Positions 54,580 through 64,000 of a stretch of 64,000 bases of DNA are shown piece by piece. The stretch is from positions 38,412 through 102,411 of the forward strand of contig CAIRBH010000006.1 in assembly GCA_903876765.1 (NCBI GenBank), in the 5' to 3' direction. The stretch's first letter is position 1. Each line of letters starts with the position of its first letter. This DNA is from an uncultured Pseudomonadota bacterium (GTDB lineage: Bacteria; Pseudomonadota; Gammaproteobacteria; Burkholderiales; Methylophilaceae). The notes below the pieces were generated by a model that had not been told where the DNA came from, did not search any database, and saw nothing but the letters and a program-made list of their open reading frames with translations. A program made the translations under genes and the position numbers.

Positions 54580-55242
54580 CTATGGCAAAACCTGCTGTAA
54601 AAATGCGCGAATATCGCTAATCTCTTCAATGCATACTGAATGCGCCATCTGGTACTCACGCCAATCCACGGCAAAATGATGCTTTTGTAATGTGGCGAGT
54701 GATAATTTGCACATGTCTAGGCTAATCACGTCGTCAACAATGCCGTGGGCCATCAATATGGGAATACCCGCATTTGCAGGGTGCGCTTCGCTGCTGAGCT
54801 TGCTTTTAAGGGGTAAATAAGTGGATAACGCGAGTAACCCTGCCAATTTTTGTGGGTATCTGGTGGCGGTGTACAGTGCAATTGCCCCACCTTGCGAAAA
54901 GCCTGCCAGCACTATACGTTCACTGGCAATGCCGTGATTAATTTCATTTTCTATCAGTGAATGAATGTATTGCTGGCTGACTTTGATGCCATTTTCATCT
55001 TCTTGGCTATTGCCAGTCAGCCCGTATAAATCATACCAAGCCGGCATGATATAGCCACCATTGCGGGTGACAGCCATCTCTGGCGCATGCGGTAAAATAA
55101 ATTTTATATGGTCTAGCCCAAGTTTTTCAACGATAGGCGCAAAATCATAGCCATCAGCGCCTAAGCCATGCAGCCAGATCACGCTAGCCGTTATTTTTGT
55201 ATGGTTGCTGCTAGCAATTTCTAAAGGGGGGGTGTAGTTCAT
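54580..55242 (-). CDS. Phospholipase/carboxylesterase (alpha/beta hydrolase)
   Basis: WLHGLGA, MPAWYD, GFSQGG, HG..DDV, HSV. Confidence 0.9.
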   Translation of the reverse strand: MNYTPPLEIASSNHTKITASVIWLHGLGADGYDFAPIVEKLGLDHIKFILPHAPEMAVTRNGGYIMPAWYDLYGLTGNSQEDENGIKVSQQYIHSLIENEINHGIASERIVLAGFSQGGAIALYTATRYPQKLAGLLALSTYLPLKSKLSSEAHPANAGIPILMAHGIVDDVISLDMCKLSLATLQKHHFAVDWREYQMAHSVCIEEISDIRAFLQQVLP

Positions 55243-55433
55243 AAGGGCAATCAAAAAAAGGTGGGTTATTGGGCGCCATGACAGTGGATGGCGAGCTTGC
55301 TATTAAAAAAATAGGATATGCGATATGCTGTTAATCAGTAATAAAATCATAGCATTATATTAATAGCTTTGTATTAAAGATAAACCTAAAAAAGTTACCA
55401 TAGCCATTAGTTTAGTATGTTAAAAAAATACCG

Positions 55434-57689
55434 ATGAAAATCTTAACACTTTTATCACGACATGCAGTGCGATTTGCCTTGAGTAGTGCCGTTATTCTTT
55501 TACTGTTACTTCATTCGGTTGGCATATATAACATCACTGTCATCAATCGCCTAGAAAATTTTGCTTATGATATGCGGCTAAATATGTTCATGCCAGGACA
55601 AGTAGATGAGCGTATTGTGATTATTGATATTGATGAAAAAAGCCTTAAGCAGCAAGGGCAGTGGCCTTGGAGTCGCAACAAGCTAGCACATTTGGTTGAC
55701 CAGCTATTTGATCACTACCATGTCAAGGTGATGGGGATTGATGTGGTATTTGCAGAGAAAGATGAAAGTTCTGGCCTCAAACGCCTAGAGGAAATTAACG
55801 CTCAATATCTGCCTAGCAACCAAGCCTTTAATCAGACAATAAAACGCTTAAAACCTAGCCTAGATTACGACCAAATATTTGCCGATAGTTTAAAAAGACA
55901 TCATGTAGTATTGGGCTACTTTTTTTCATTTAATAAAGAGGCAATAACAACGGGCCGTTTGCCTAAAGCGGCATTGATACTGGGGGATATTAATCATGAC
56001 AACAGTGAGCTGATGGAGGCAACTGGTTTTGGTGCAAATTTAGCGGTTTTGCAAAATAATGCAAATAACGCAGGACATTTTAATGCCGACCCTGACGCAG
56101 ATGGTATATCACGTAAAGTGCCGATGTTAATTCAATACCATGGCAAGCTTTATGAGGCATTTTCTCTAGTGGTGGCACATGCCGCAACCTCGGGTAAGGC
56201 CGACCAGCTTAACAACGCTGCTGGCTTGCAGATTCAAGCCGGGCCTATTGAAGCTGACGGGCGATATGCAAGCATAGAATGGCTTAAATTGGGGCAGCAT
56301 CAGATACCAGTAAATAGGCAAATCACTGCGCTCATTCCATATCGCGGCCCGCAAGGCAGCTTTCTTTATTTGTCGGCTACAGATGTACTCAACCAGCAAG
56401 TCAATCCAGCTATATTAAACAACAAAATTGTCTTGCTTGGTACTACGGCAGCGGGGTTAATGGATTTACGCGCAACCCCAGTACAAAATGTTTATGCTGG
56501 CGTAGAGATACACGCCAATATGATTGCAGGTATATTGGATAACAATATCAAACAAAAGCCTGCTTATACACAGGGCTTAGAGTTGCTCATGCTATTGCTG
56601 CTGGGGCTATTTTTAGCATACTTATTGCCTAAGTTGAAGCCAATTATGGCTACCATCATCACCTTGCTGGTTAGCATGTTCATACTGATTTTAAATTTAG
56701 CCGCCTGGCAATACGGCAATTTAGTGTTGCCTATTGCATCTTCTTTACTCATGATAGTGGGCATTTATGTGATTAACATGAGCTATGGTTTTTTTGTTGA
56801 ATCACGCGCTAAGCGTCAATTAACCTCATTGTTTGGCCAATATATACCGCCCGAGTTGGTCAATGAAATGGCTGAAAATCCCAATACATTTAGTTTAGAG
56901 GCACAAGATCGAGAGATGACAGTGCTTTTTTCTGATGTGCGCGGCTTTACTGCGATTGCCGAAGGTTTAGATCCGCAGCAATTAAGTCGTTTGATGAATG
57001 ACTTTTTAACACCTATGACCCATGTGATACATCGTCATCGTGGCACCATAGATAAGTATATTGGCGACGCAATTATGGCGTTTTGGGGCGCGCCATTAGC
57101 AGACCATCATCACGCAAAACATGCAATTCAAACAGGGCTGAGCATGGTTGCTGCACTAGAGGGATTGCAGCAAAAACTGCTATCTAAAAGCTTGTCTAGC
57201 TTGAGTATAGGCATAGGCATCAATACTGGCGAAATGGTGGTTGGCAATATGGGCTCAAAATTTCGCATGGCTTATACCGTTATGGGGGATTCGGTCAATT
57301 TAGCTTCAAGACTTGAGAGTTTAACTAAGTATTATGGTGTTTGTATTGTGGTGAGTGAGTTTACCAAGGTGCAAGCCACTGATTATTTATACCGTGAGCT
57401 AGATCTTGTGCGCGTGAAAGGAAGAGATAAACCAGTGGCTATATTTGAGCCTGTGGCAATAAGGGACGTGATTGATCCCGCGACTAGATCTAAGCTGGTG
57501 CGTTACCACGAGGCCTTAGGCTTTTATCGTAGTCAAAATTGGAAATTAGCCGAGCTCACCTTTCTTTATTTGCAAAAGTCAGAACCAGGGCGTTATTTAT
57601 ATGCAATTTACCTAGAAAGAATCGCTTTCTTTAGCAAATTTCCGCCTGGGGATGATTGGGATGGTGTTTTTAATTTTGAAACTAAGTGA
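55434..57689 (+). CDS. Membrane class III adenylate cyclase with CHASE2 sensor domain
   Basis: N-terminal TM, CHASE2 (IVIIDIDEKSL...WPW.R; D.DG..R; GVEIHA), three TMs, catalytic FSDVRGFT / KYIGDAIM / YTVMGDSVNLASRLE. Confidence 0.93.
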   Translation: MKILTLLSRHAVRFALSSAVILLLLLHSVGIYNITVINRLENFAYDMRLNMFMPGQVDERIVIIDIDEKSLKQQGQWPWSRNKLAHLVDQLFDHYHVKVMGIDVVFAEKDESSGLKRLEEINAQYLPSNQAFNQTIKRLKPSLDYDQIFADSLKRHHVVLGYFFSFNKEAITTGRLPKAALILGDINHDNSELMEATGFGANLAVLQNNANNAGHFNADPDADGISRKVPMLIQYHGKLYEAFSLVVAHAATSGKADQLNNAAGLQIQAGPIEADGRYASIEWLKLGQHQIPVNRQITALIPYRGPQGSFLYLSATDVLNQQVNPAILNNKIVLLGTTAAGLMDLRATPVQNVYAGVEIHANMIAGILDNNIKQKPAYTQGLELLMLLLLGLFLAYLLPKLKPIMATIITLLVSMFILILNLAAWQYGNLVLPIASSLLMIVGIYVINMSYGFFVESRAKRQLTSLFGQYIPPELVNEMAENPNTFSLEAQDREMTVLFSDVRGFTAIAEGLDPQQLSRLMNDFLTPMTHVIHRHRGTIDKYIGDAIMAFWGAPLADHHHAKHAIQTGLSMVAALEGLQQKLLSKSLSSLSIGIGINTGEMVVGNMGSKFRMAYTVMGDSVNLASRLESLTKYYGVCIVVSEFTKVQATDYLYRELDLVRVKGRDKPVAIFEPVAIRDVIDPATRSKLVRYHEALGFYRSQNWKLAELTFLYLQKSEPGRYLYAIYLERIAFFSKFPPGDDWDGVFNFETK

Positions 57690-57768
57690 TAAAATAATAT
57701 TAGATAACTAAATATCTAGCCTCCCTAAATTAACCAATCAGTCAAATAATTAAAGGCTGAAATATACA

Positions 57769-58548
57769 ATGAACATAAAAATACTAGGTTGTAGCGGTGG
57801 CATAGGTACTGACTTGCGAACCACTTCAATGTTAGTCGATAACAATATATTGATTGATGCTGGCACAGGGGTAGGTGATTTATCTATGGATGAGTTGCTC
57901 GCGATTGATCATATTTTTGTAACACATTCGCATTTAGATCATATTGCATACATTCCATTATTACTTGATACCGTGATGGGCTTCCGTGAGAGTCCAGTGA
58001 CTCTGTATGCCATTGCAGAGACTATCGCGATCTTAAGAGCGCATATTTTTAATTGGGTAGTATGGCCAGATTTCACTCAAATTCCCAATCAAGCCAACGC
58101 CTTATTACGTTATCAAGAATTAAGCTTGGGTCAAACGATTAATATAGATGGCAGAAAAATAAGGTCACTGCCGGCTCATCATGTTGTGCCTGCCGTGGCA
58201 TACCATCTTGAGGGTGATGAACTGAGCTTGGTGTTTACTGGCGATACGACGGCTTGCGATGCGCTCTGGGATGAGGTGAATAAGATTGCCAACCTTAAAT
58301 ATCTGATTATTGAAACTGCATTTAGTAACCATGAAATTGAACTTGCCAAATTATCTAAGCATCTTTGCCCATCTATGCTCGCTGAGGAGCTGAGTAAGCT
58401 CAATGTAAAAAGCGGTCAGCAGTCTGTAGAAGTTTTTATCACGCATCTCAAGCCAGGTGAAGACCAGATTATTATGCAAGAAATTGCCGAGGCTGGCATC
58501 AAGTGGCCTATACAAGCGCTTAGACAACAGCAAATGTTCACGTTATAA
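57769..58548 (+). CDS. Metallo-beta-lactamase-fold 3',5'-cyclic nucleotide phosphodiesterase (putative)
   Basis: ILGCSGG, IDAGTG, THSHLDH, H.VP, TGDT, H motif, THLKP; adjacent to the cyclase. Confidence 0.82.
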   Translation: MNIKILGCSGGIGTDLRTTSMLVDNNILIDAGTGVGDLSMDELLAIDHIFVTHSHLDHIAYIPLLLDTVMGFRESPVTLYAIAETIAILRAHIFNWVVWPDFTQIPNQANALLRYQELSLGQTINIDGRKIRSLPAHHVVPAVAYHLEGDELSLVFTGDTTACDALWDEVNKIANLKYLIIETAFSNHEIELAKLSKHLCPSMLAEELSKLNVKSGQQSVEVFITHLKPGEDQIIMQEIAEAGIKWPIQALRQQQMFTL

Positions 58549-58571
58549 ATTGCTGTTCATCAAGTGAGTAC

Positions 58572-58609
58572 AAAAAAATAGCGCCATGTAAGTTAAATAC
58601 ATGGCGCTA
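58572..58609 (-). terminator. Rho-independent terminator of the PPIase gene
   Basis: TAGCGCCATGTA-AGTTAAA-TACATGGCGCTA 12-bp stem; the A-run at 58572-78 gives a U-tail on the minus strand. Confidence 0.82.
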
Positions 58610-58637
58610 GTCAATCAGGCAATAGCCTGCTAACTAT

Positions 58638-59426
58638 CTATTTTGCAACATCAACTTTTGCTTTAGTGCGCAATTCACTCATCATTTTTTCTAAATCACG
58701 CTGTTGTAGATTTTTTTGCAGACCATCTTTTACTTTGTCATAAGGCAGTGGTTGAGCGGCGCGGGTGTCAAGCAGTTTAATCACGTGCCAGCCGAATTGC
58801 GTTTGCACTGGACTGGTTGAAATAGCCCCTTTTTGTAGGTTAATCGCTACATCGCTAAAAGGTTTTACCATAGAAGCAGGCGAGAACCAGCCTAAATCGC
58901 CGCCTTTTTCTTTAGAGCCTGGGTCTAATGATTTTTCTTTAGCAATTTTAGCGAAATCGCCGCCCTTGGTAAGTTGCGCAATGATGTCTTTTGCCTCAGC
59001 CTCAGTTTTTACCAAAATATGGCGAGCACTATATTCTTTGTCGCCATAGGCTTTTTTGTACTCTTCATAAGCAGCCTTAGTATCAGCATCTGAAACAGGA
59101 TTTTTCTTCACAAAATCTTGTAAGAATGTTGAGGTGAGTAGTTCTCGGCGTGATAGTTCTTCGCGAGCAAGGTAGTCCGCTTGCTTATCTAGCCCCAGTT
59201 TTTGTGCTTCTTGATAGACCAGTTCAGAATCTATGAGCTTGTTGGTGATGGCTTGTTTGACTTGGGCATCGACTTTTTGGCCACGCGCTGCGGCATCTTT
59301 AGCGATGTAATCGTAGATAGATTGTTTAATTGGCTTGCCATTGACTGTGGCTAGCGCATCTGTAGCAAATGCGGCTGGCGTTAAAGCTAACATGGCTACA
59401 GCAATTAAAGTTTGGGTAAATTTCAT
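58638..59426 (-). CDS. Exported parvulin/PpiC-type peptidyl-prolyl isomerase
   Basis: Signal peptide, ARHILV, GGDLGW, FGWHVI. Confidence 0.92.
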   Translation of the reverse strand: MKFTQTLIAVAMLALTPAAFATDALATVNGKPIKQSIYDYIAKDAAARGQKVDAQVKQAITNKLIDSELVYQEAQKLGLDKQADYLAREELSRRELLTSTFLQDFVKKNPVSDADTKAAYEEYKKAYGDKEYSARHILVKTEAEAKDIIAQLTKGGDFAKIAKEKSLDPGSKEKGGDLGWFSPASMVKPFSDVAINLQKGAISTSPVQTQFGWHVIKLLDTRAAQPLPYDKVKDGLQKNLQQRDLEKMMSELRTKAKVDVAK

Positions 59427-59478
59427 GCAAGATTCCTAATCGTAATAGAAGGTTATTTTAAGGTGTTAAGGCTGGTTG

Positions 59479-59739
59479 TTATTGTTCATCAGGGGCAAAC
59501 GCATGAATGCTTAATGCATGAATTTTGCTAGGTATAAGCTCTGCCAGCGTTTGGTATATAAGTCGATGTCGCATTATCTGCGATTTTTCACAAAAATGCG
59601 AGCTTGTCATGCTGAGCTTAAAGTGTCCGCCACCTGCATTGCCTGAGTGGCCTGCGTGCAAAGCGCTTTCATCCTGAATATCTAGGCTAATCGGGGCAAG
59701 CGCTTGTAAGCGCAGTGTCATTTCTTCAATTAAAGTCAT
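59479..59739 (-). CDS. bolA: BolA family protein
   Basis: DESALHAGH, HF, RHRLIY, IHALSI. Confidence 0.92.
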   Translation of the reverse strand: MTLIEEMTLRLQALAPISLDIQDESALHAGHSGNAGGGHFKLSMTSSHFCEKSQIMRHRLIYQTLAELIPSKIHALSIHAFAPDEQ

Positions 59740-59771
59740 TGGTAAATAAGCGAGCTAATAGTCGTCAACAT

Positions 59772-60074
59772 TTAATTGGGCAAGGTTTTTCTAAACGGCT
59801 TGACCACCACCTGCTGATAAACCTCAGCGCTGACGAATGGGTCGTTGTTCGCCCATTGAGTGGCTTGGGCTAAGTTGGCAAACTCAGCGACTATTAAGCT
59901 GCCTGTAAAGCCAGCAGGGCCAGGGTCTATGGCGTCGATTGCAGGGAAAGGCCCAGCAATCAATAAGCGCCCAGCGTCTTGCAGGGCTTGCAGGCGTTTA
60001 AGATGCTCGGGCCTTGCTGCTAGGCGTTTTTTTAGGCTATTGGGCCTATCTTCTGCCATGATTGCGAACCACAT
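59772..60074 (-). CDS. yciI: YciI family protein
   Basis: RPEHL.RL, AGP, GSLIVAEF, DPF...VY. Confidence 0.9.
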   Translation of the reverse strand: MWFAIMAEDRPNSLKKRLAARPEHLKRLQALQDAGRLLIAGPFPAIDAIDPGPAGFTGSLIVAEFANLAQATQWANNDPFVSAEVYQQVVVKPFRKTLPN

Positions 60075-60631
60075 TAACTTTTCTCGCTTTTATCTTCAAC
60101 TGGTTCTATTAAATAGTTTTTTAGGGCTAAAGTCTGGGCGATGATAAAAATAAACATAATCAGCGTGACCCCAAATAATTTGAAATTAACCCAAGTGTTT
60201 TCATCATAGTTAAAAGCGACATATAAATTAAGTATGCCGAGTAACACTAGAAAAATCACCCAAGCCAAATTAAGCTTGGTCCAAATGCTAGCAGGGGCAT
60301 TAATCATGTTTGCCATCATTTGTTGAATATAATTCTTTTTAAAGAATAAGTTAGAAGTCAGTAGTACGGCGGCTAGCACCCAATACAAGACCGTAGGCTT
60401 CCACATGATGTAAGTTGTGTCATGTAGGATTAAGGTCACGCCGCCCAGTATACTTATAATAAGGCCGCTGACAATGAGCATTTTTTCAACTTTACCGTGA
60501 CGTATTTTGCTGTAGATGATTTGGGCAATGGTGGCGAGGATGGCAACAGCTGTGGCAGGGAAAATGCCAAAAAACTTGAAGGCGATAAAAAATAAAATGA
60601 CTGGAAATAGGTCAAATAGAAACTTATTCAT
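60074..60631 (-). CDS. yciB: Inner-membrane septation protein A
   Basis: FLFDLFPVILFF, WKPTVLYW, WVNFKLFG. Confidence 0.93.
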   Translation of the reverse strand: MNKFLFDLFPVILFFIAFKFFGIFPATAVAILATIAQIIYSKIRHGKVEKMLIVSGLIISILGGVTLILHDTTYIMWKPTVLYWVLAAVLLTSNLFFKKNYIQQMMANMINAPASIWTKLNLAWVIFLVLLGILNLYVAFNYDENTWVNFKLFGVTLIMFIFIIAQTLALKNYLIEPVEDKSEKS

Positions 60632-60803
60632 GGTTGGGGTGAGTCACTTTCAGGGTTAGGGCTAGGTTTAAAAAATTCAATGAATAACAGTGCTTTAGCG
60701 TGAGTCGTTATTTTGCTATGATTGATGCTGTGTCGCAAGACGTATTTTTTTAAGTCTAATCATTTATTACCTATTAAGTAGTTACAGCATCTCACTTATC
60801 TAT

Positions 60804-61685
60804 ATGTCACTTATTTATGATTTACATTCCCACTCTAATATTTCAGATGGCCTTTTGAGCCCTGCTGAATTAGTAGCCCATGCCGCGCAGCATGGCGTGA
60901 ATGTGCTGGCGCTGACTGACCATGATGATCTAAGCGGCTTAGCCTTAGCCCAAGAAGCTGCTACTTTGCACGGTATACAATTGATTAACGGGGTGGAGAT
61001 TTCTGTGACTTGGAAAAAACGCACCCTGCACATCGTAGGTTTAAATATTGATCCAGAATTCTTAGCCTTAAAAACTGCTTTGGCGCAAGTCCGCATTGCT
61101 CGTGATTTACGCGCTCAGCAAATGGGCGAGGCATTGGCTAAGGTGGGCATTTTAAATGCTTATGCAGGGGCGAAATTGCTCGCCAAGCAAAGCATTATGA
61201 CGCGGGTGCATTTTGCTCGGTTTTTAGTTGCAAACGGCTATGCCAAAGATACTAAAGCGGTATTTAAAAAATACTTGGTCAGAGGTAAGCCTGGCTTTGC
61301 CGAGCAGCAGTGGATGGATTTAGCGCAAGCGGTAGATTTGATTACTGCCAGTGGCGGTATGGCGGTGATTGCCCATCCTGGCCGTTATGATTTAGGCTCG
61401 GTGAATATGCTAGAGCTGTTGCATGAATTTAGAAGTTATGGCGGTGCGGCCATTGAAGTGGTGACCAGTAGCCATACCCCACCGCAGTATCAGCAATTTG
61501 CTAAATTGGCGCATCAATTTGGCTTAAAGTCGTCAATCGGTTCAGACTACCATGGTCAAGGGATTAGCTTTATGGAAATGGGCCGCTTAGCTGATTTGCC
61601 CAGCAATTGCGTGCCCGTCTGGCAAGACTGGCCTCAGCATGGATTGGTTAATAATGGCTTGGCTAATATAAGCGCGCTCAGTTAA
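60804..61685 (+). CDS. PHP-domain 3',5'-nucleoside bisphosphate phosphatase (YciV/TrpH-like)
   Basis: DLHSHS..SDG, LTDHD, GVEIS, AHPGRY, GSDYHG. Confidence 0.9.
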   Translation: MSLIYDLHSHSNISDGLLSPAELVAHAAQHGVNVLALTDHDDLSGLALAQEAATLHGIQLINGVEISVTWKKRTLHIVGLNIDPEFLALKTALAQVRIARDLRAQQMGEALAKVGILNAYAGAKLLAKQSIMTRVHFARFLVANGYAKDTKAVFKKYLVRGKPGFAEQQWMDLAQAVDLITASGGMAVIAHPGRYDLGSVNMLELLHEFRSYGGAAIEVVTSSHTPPQYQQFAKLAHQFGLKSSIGSDYHGQGISFMEMGRLADLPSNCVPVWQDWPQHGLVNNGLANISALS

Positions 61686-61738
61686 ATGCTGCGAATATGC
61701 CTAAAGACAGCTTGTTAAATCAATGAACAATATATGCC

Positions 61739-62362
61739 ATGTCGCAATATTTCAATATTCATTTAGATAATCCGCAGGCGCGGCTAATAGGGCTCACGGC
61801 AGACATTTTGCGTGACGGGGGCGTGATTGCTTATCCCACCGATTCTGGCTATGCGCTAGGCTGTATGATAGGCAATGGCGATGCTCAAGCCCGTATACGG
61901 CAAATTCGCGGGGCAGATGAGCGACATTTATTCAGCTTGGTCTGTCGTAATTTAAGTGAATTAGGTAACTATGCCATCGTCAGCAATAGCCAGTTTCGGC
62001 TACTTAAAGCCAATACGCCAGGCGCTTATACCTTTATTTTAAATGCCACACGTGAAGTACCGCGCAAATTGCAACACCCCAAACGCAGCACTGTGGGTCT
62101 GCGCGTGCCCCAACACACTGTGGTGCAAGCGATACTAGAGGCGATTGATGCACCCTTGTTAAGCATGACGCTGTATATGCCAGGTGACGCTGCCGAGCTT
62201 AGTGAGGCCTGGGATATTCGCGACAAGCTAGAGCACAGGGTAGATCTGGTGATTGATGTAGGGCATTGTGTCGCTGGCGCAACCACAGTTATTAATTTGA
62301 CCGGCGATAGCCCAGTATTAATTCGCGCTGGCCTGGGTGATTTGGCTCCATTTGGCCTTTAA
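61739..62362 (+). CDS. yciO: YciO-type Sua5/YrdC family protein
   Basis: YPTDSGYALGC, PGAYTFIL, TVGLRVP; follows the PHP gene. Confidence 0.88.
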   Translation: MSQYFNIHLDNPQARLIGLTADILRDGGVIAYPTDSGYALGCMIGNGDAQARIRQIRGADERHLFSLVCRNLSELGNYAIVSNSQFRLLKANTPGAYTFILNATREVPRKLQHPKRSTVGLRVPQHTVVQAILEAIDAPLLSMTLYMPGDAAELSEAWDIRDKLEHRVDLVIDVGHCVAGATTVINLTGDSPVLIRAGLGDLAPFGL

Positions 62363-62388
62363 CTTTAAAACTAAAAAATATATTACCT

Positions 62389-63066
62389 ATGAATATCAAT
62401 AACTTATATCAGTTATTAAATGACTTAATAACGCTGGATCCAACGCAGAGAATAGTCGTGTCTGTTATTCCCATGCTATTGGCGATTACTGTGCATGAGG
62501 CCGCCCATGGCTATGTGGCAAAATATTTTGGCGATAATACCGCGCATGACTTAGGGCGTATTAGCTTTAATCCGCTGCGACACATAGACCCCGTTGGTAC
62601 CGTGCTCATCCCCAGTTTAACCATGTATTTTGGCGGTATTTTCTTTGGCTGGGCCAAGCCCGTGCCTGTCAACTTCAATCGTTTAAGGCAGCCTAAAAAA
62701 GATATGTTATGGGTCTCGGCGGCTGGGCCTGCCGCTAATTTGTTGATGGCAACTTTGTGGGCGCTGGGACTTAAATTTAGTTTTGCCATACCAGAGCCCA
62801 TGCTGCGGCCATTTGCATTAATGTGCGTGTCTGGCATTTTAACTAATTCGGTGTTGATGATACTTAACTTAATCCCCATTCCGCCGCTAGATGGTGGGCG
62901 TATTGCCATCAGTTTACTGCCCTATAAGCTTGCGCTCAAGTATGCTCAGCTTGAGCGTTATGGTTTTATTATATTAATAATCCTGTTATTTACCCACATT
63001 CTTGATAAAATCATGTGGCCATTTGTCATGCTGATGATACAAGCAATCGCGAATATATTTTTTTAG
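62389..63066 (+). CDS. Site-2 protease (M50) family protein
   Basis: HEAAH (HExxH), GWAKPVPV, AGPAAN, NLIPIPPLDGG. Confidence 0.93.
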   Translation: MNINNLYQLLNDLITLDPTQRIVVSVIPMLLAITVHEAAHGYVAKYFGDNTAHDLGRISFNPLRHIDPVGTVLIPSLTMYFGGIFFGWAKPVPVNFNRLRQPKKDMLWVSAAGPAANLLMATLWALGLKFSFAIPEPMLRPFALMCVSGILTNSVLMILNLIPIPPLDGGRIAISLLPYKLALKYAQLERYGFIILIILLFTHILDKIMWPFVMLMIQAIANIFF

Positions 63067-63106
63067 GGTTTTAACGTTTATTAAGTAAGATTTTACAAGG
63101 TTAATT

Positions 63107-64000
63107 ATGGCAATTGAACGTGTTTTATCAGGCATGCGTCCTACAGGTAATTTGCATTTAGGGCATTACAACGGCGTACTTAAAAACTGGCTTAAGTTAC
63201 AACATGAGCATGAATGTTTATTCTTTGTCGCTGATTGGCATGCCTTAACTACCCATTACGATACCCCAGAGATCATAGAAGAAAGCGTTTGGGAAATGGT
63301 CATAGATTGGTTGGCAGCAGGCATAGACCCAGCCAACGCGACTATTTTCATTCAATCTCGCGTGCCAGAACATGCAGAATTACACACTTTGTTATCTATG
63401 ATTACCCCACTGAGCTGGCTAGAGCGGGTTCCTACTTATAAAGACCAGCAAGAGAAATTAAGCAGTAAAGATTTATCGACTTATGGTTTTTTGGGTTACC
63501 CCTTGCTACAAAGCGCAGATATTTTGATTTATAAAGCAACGCAAGTGCCCGTCGGTGAAGACCAGATTCCACATATAGAATTTACCCGTGAAATCGCCCG
63601 TCGTTTTAACCATATTTACGGCAAAGAAAAAGGCTTTGAAGAAAAAGCCGAAGCAGCTATTAAAAAGCTGGGCAGCAAGCGCGCCGCTTTGTATGAAGAA
63701 ATGCGCATAGCCTACCAACAAAGTGGCGATGATGAGGCTTTAGACGCAGCACGGGCGATGATAGAAGAGCAGCAGGGCATGAGTATGGGCGACAAAGAAC
63801 GCTTGCTGGGCTACCTAGAAGGCGGCGGAAAAATGATATTGCTAGAGCCAGAGTATAAGCTGACCCCAGCCTCCAAAATGCCAGGTTTAGATGGTCAAAA
63901 AATGTCTAAATCTTATAACAACACTATTTCTATGCGTGAAGACGTGGATGCGGTAGCTAAAAAAATTAAAACCATGCCGACCGACCCGGCGCGTGTAAGA
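63107..64000 (+). CDS. trpS: Tryptophan--tRNA ligase (partial, runs off the right edge)
   Basis: Hand translation: MAIERVLSGMRPTGNLHLGHY...VPVGEDQ...GQKMSKSY...MPTDPARVR. Absent from the ORF track because there is no stop in the window. Confidence 0.97.
   Translation, partial: MAIERVLSGMRPTGNLHLGHYNGVLKNWLKLQHEHECLFFVADWHALTTHYDTPEIIEESVWEMVIDWLAAGIDPANATIFIQSRVPEHAELHTLLSMITPLSWLERVPTYKDQQEKLSSKDLSTYGFLGYPLLQSADILIYKATQVPVGEDQIPHIEFTREIARRFNHIYGKEKGFEEKAEAAIKKLGSKRAALYEEMRIAYQQSGDDEALDAARAMIEEQQGMSMGDKERLLGYLEGGGKMILLEPEYKLTPASKMPGLDGQKMSKSYNNTISMREDVDAVAKKIKTMPTDPARVR

Noticed and set aside
55434-58548. Cyclase + MBL nuclease read as an anti-phage system (Pycsar/CBASS-like) or anti-Pycsar Apyc1
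   Set aside because: The cyclase has a periplasmic CHASE2 sensor, TM helices and adenine-type specificity residues, unlike soluble PycC. No TIR/TM cNMP effector and no defence-island context.
60632-60667. Telomere-like/G-quadruplex-like GGTTGGGG...GGGTTAGGGCTAGG upstream of yciB
   Set aside because: Only three tracts of three or more G, with a long loop; single occurrence; no supporting context.
63620-63835. Long helical insertion in TrpRS (GKEKGFEEKAEAA...GYLEGGG)
   Set aside because: I recall this as the usual insertion in ~400-aa betaproteobacterial TrpRS; composition matches the rest of the gene.

Overview
A gene-dense, almost entirely housekeeping bacterial chromosome segment of roughly 45% GC (estimated by eye). 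Protein sequences and gene order point to a betaproteobacterium, probably Methylophilaceae/Methylotenera-like; this is inference from memory, not a database search. About 60 CDS are present, covering translation (rplU-rpmA-obgE, rpsT, ileS, leuS, partial trpS, rsmA, trmL), envelope biogenesis (murJ, lspA, envC, lptE, lptD-surA, amgK-murU, dsbC), and cofactor, isoprenoid and amino-acid metabolism (ispB, proB/proA, purEK, ribF, bioBFHCD, nadD, pdxA, aroC, folE2-dxs-ispA-xseB, icd). I found no tRNA, rRNA, CRISPR array, transposase, integrase, prophage or recognisable defence system, and I cannot claim a new multi-gene system here. The features most worth a second look are: (1) histone-H1-like Ala/Lys/Pro tails on two ribosomal proteins (S20, L21); (2) a low-GC insertion patch inside IleRS; (3) a stand-alone CHASE2 adenylate cyclase plus MBL-fold phosphodiesterase pair; (4) a frameshifted, nonsense-mutated and truncated molybdopterin-oxidoreductase relic at a synteny break, which the ORF track misses; (5) an isocitrate dehydrogenase with a hybrid NAD/NADP coenzyme signature; (6) several perfect palindromes and short tandem duplications; and (7) apparent lack of CTAG avoidance.
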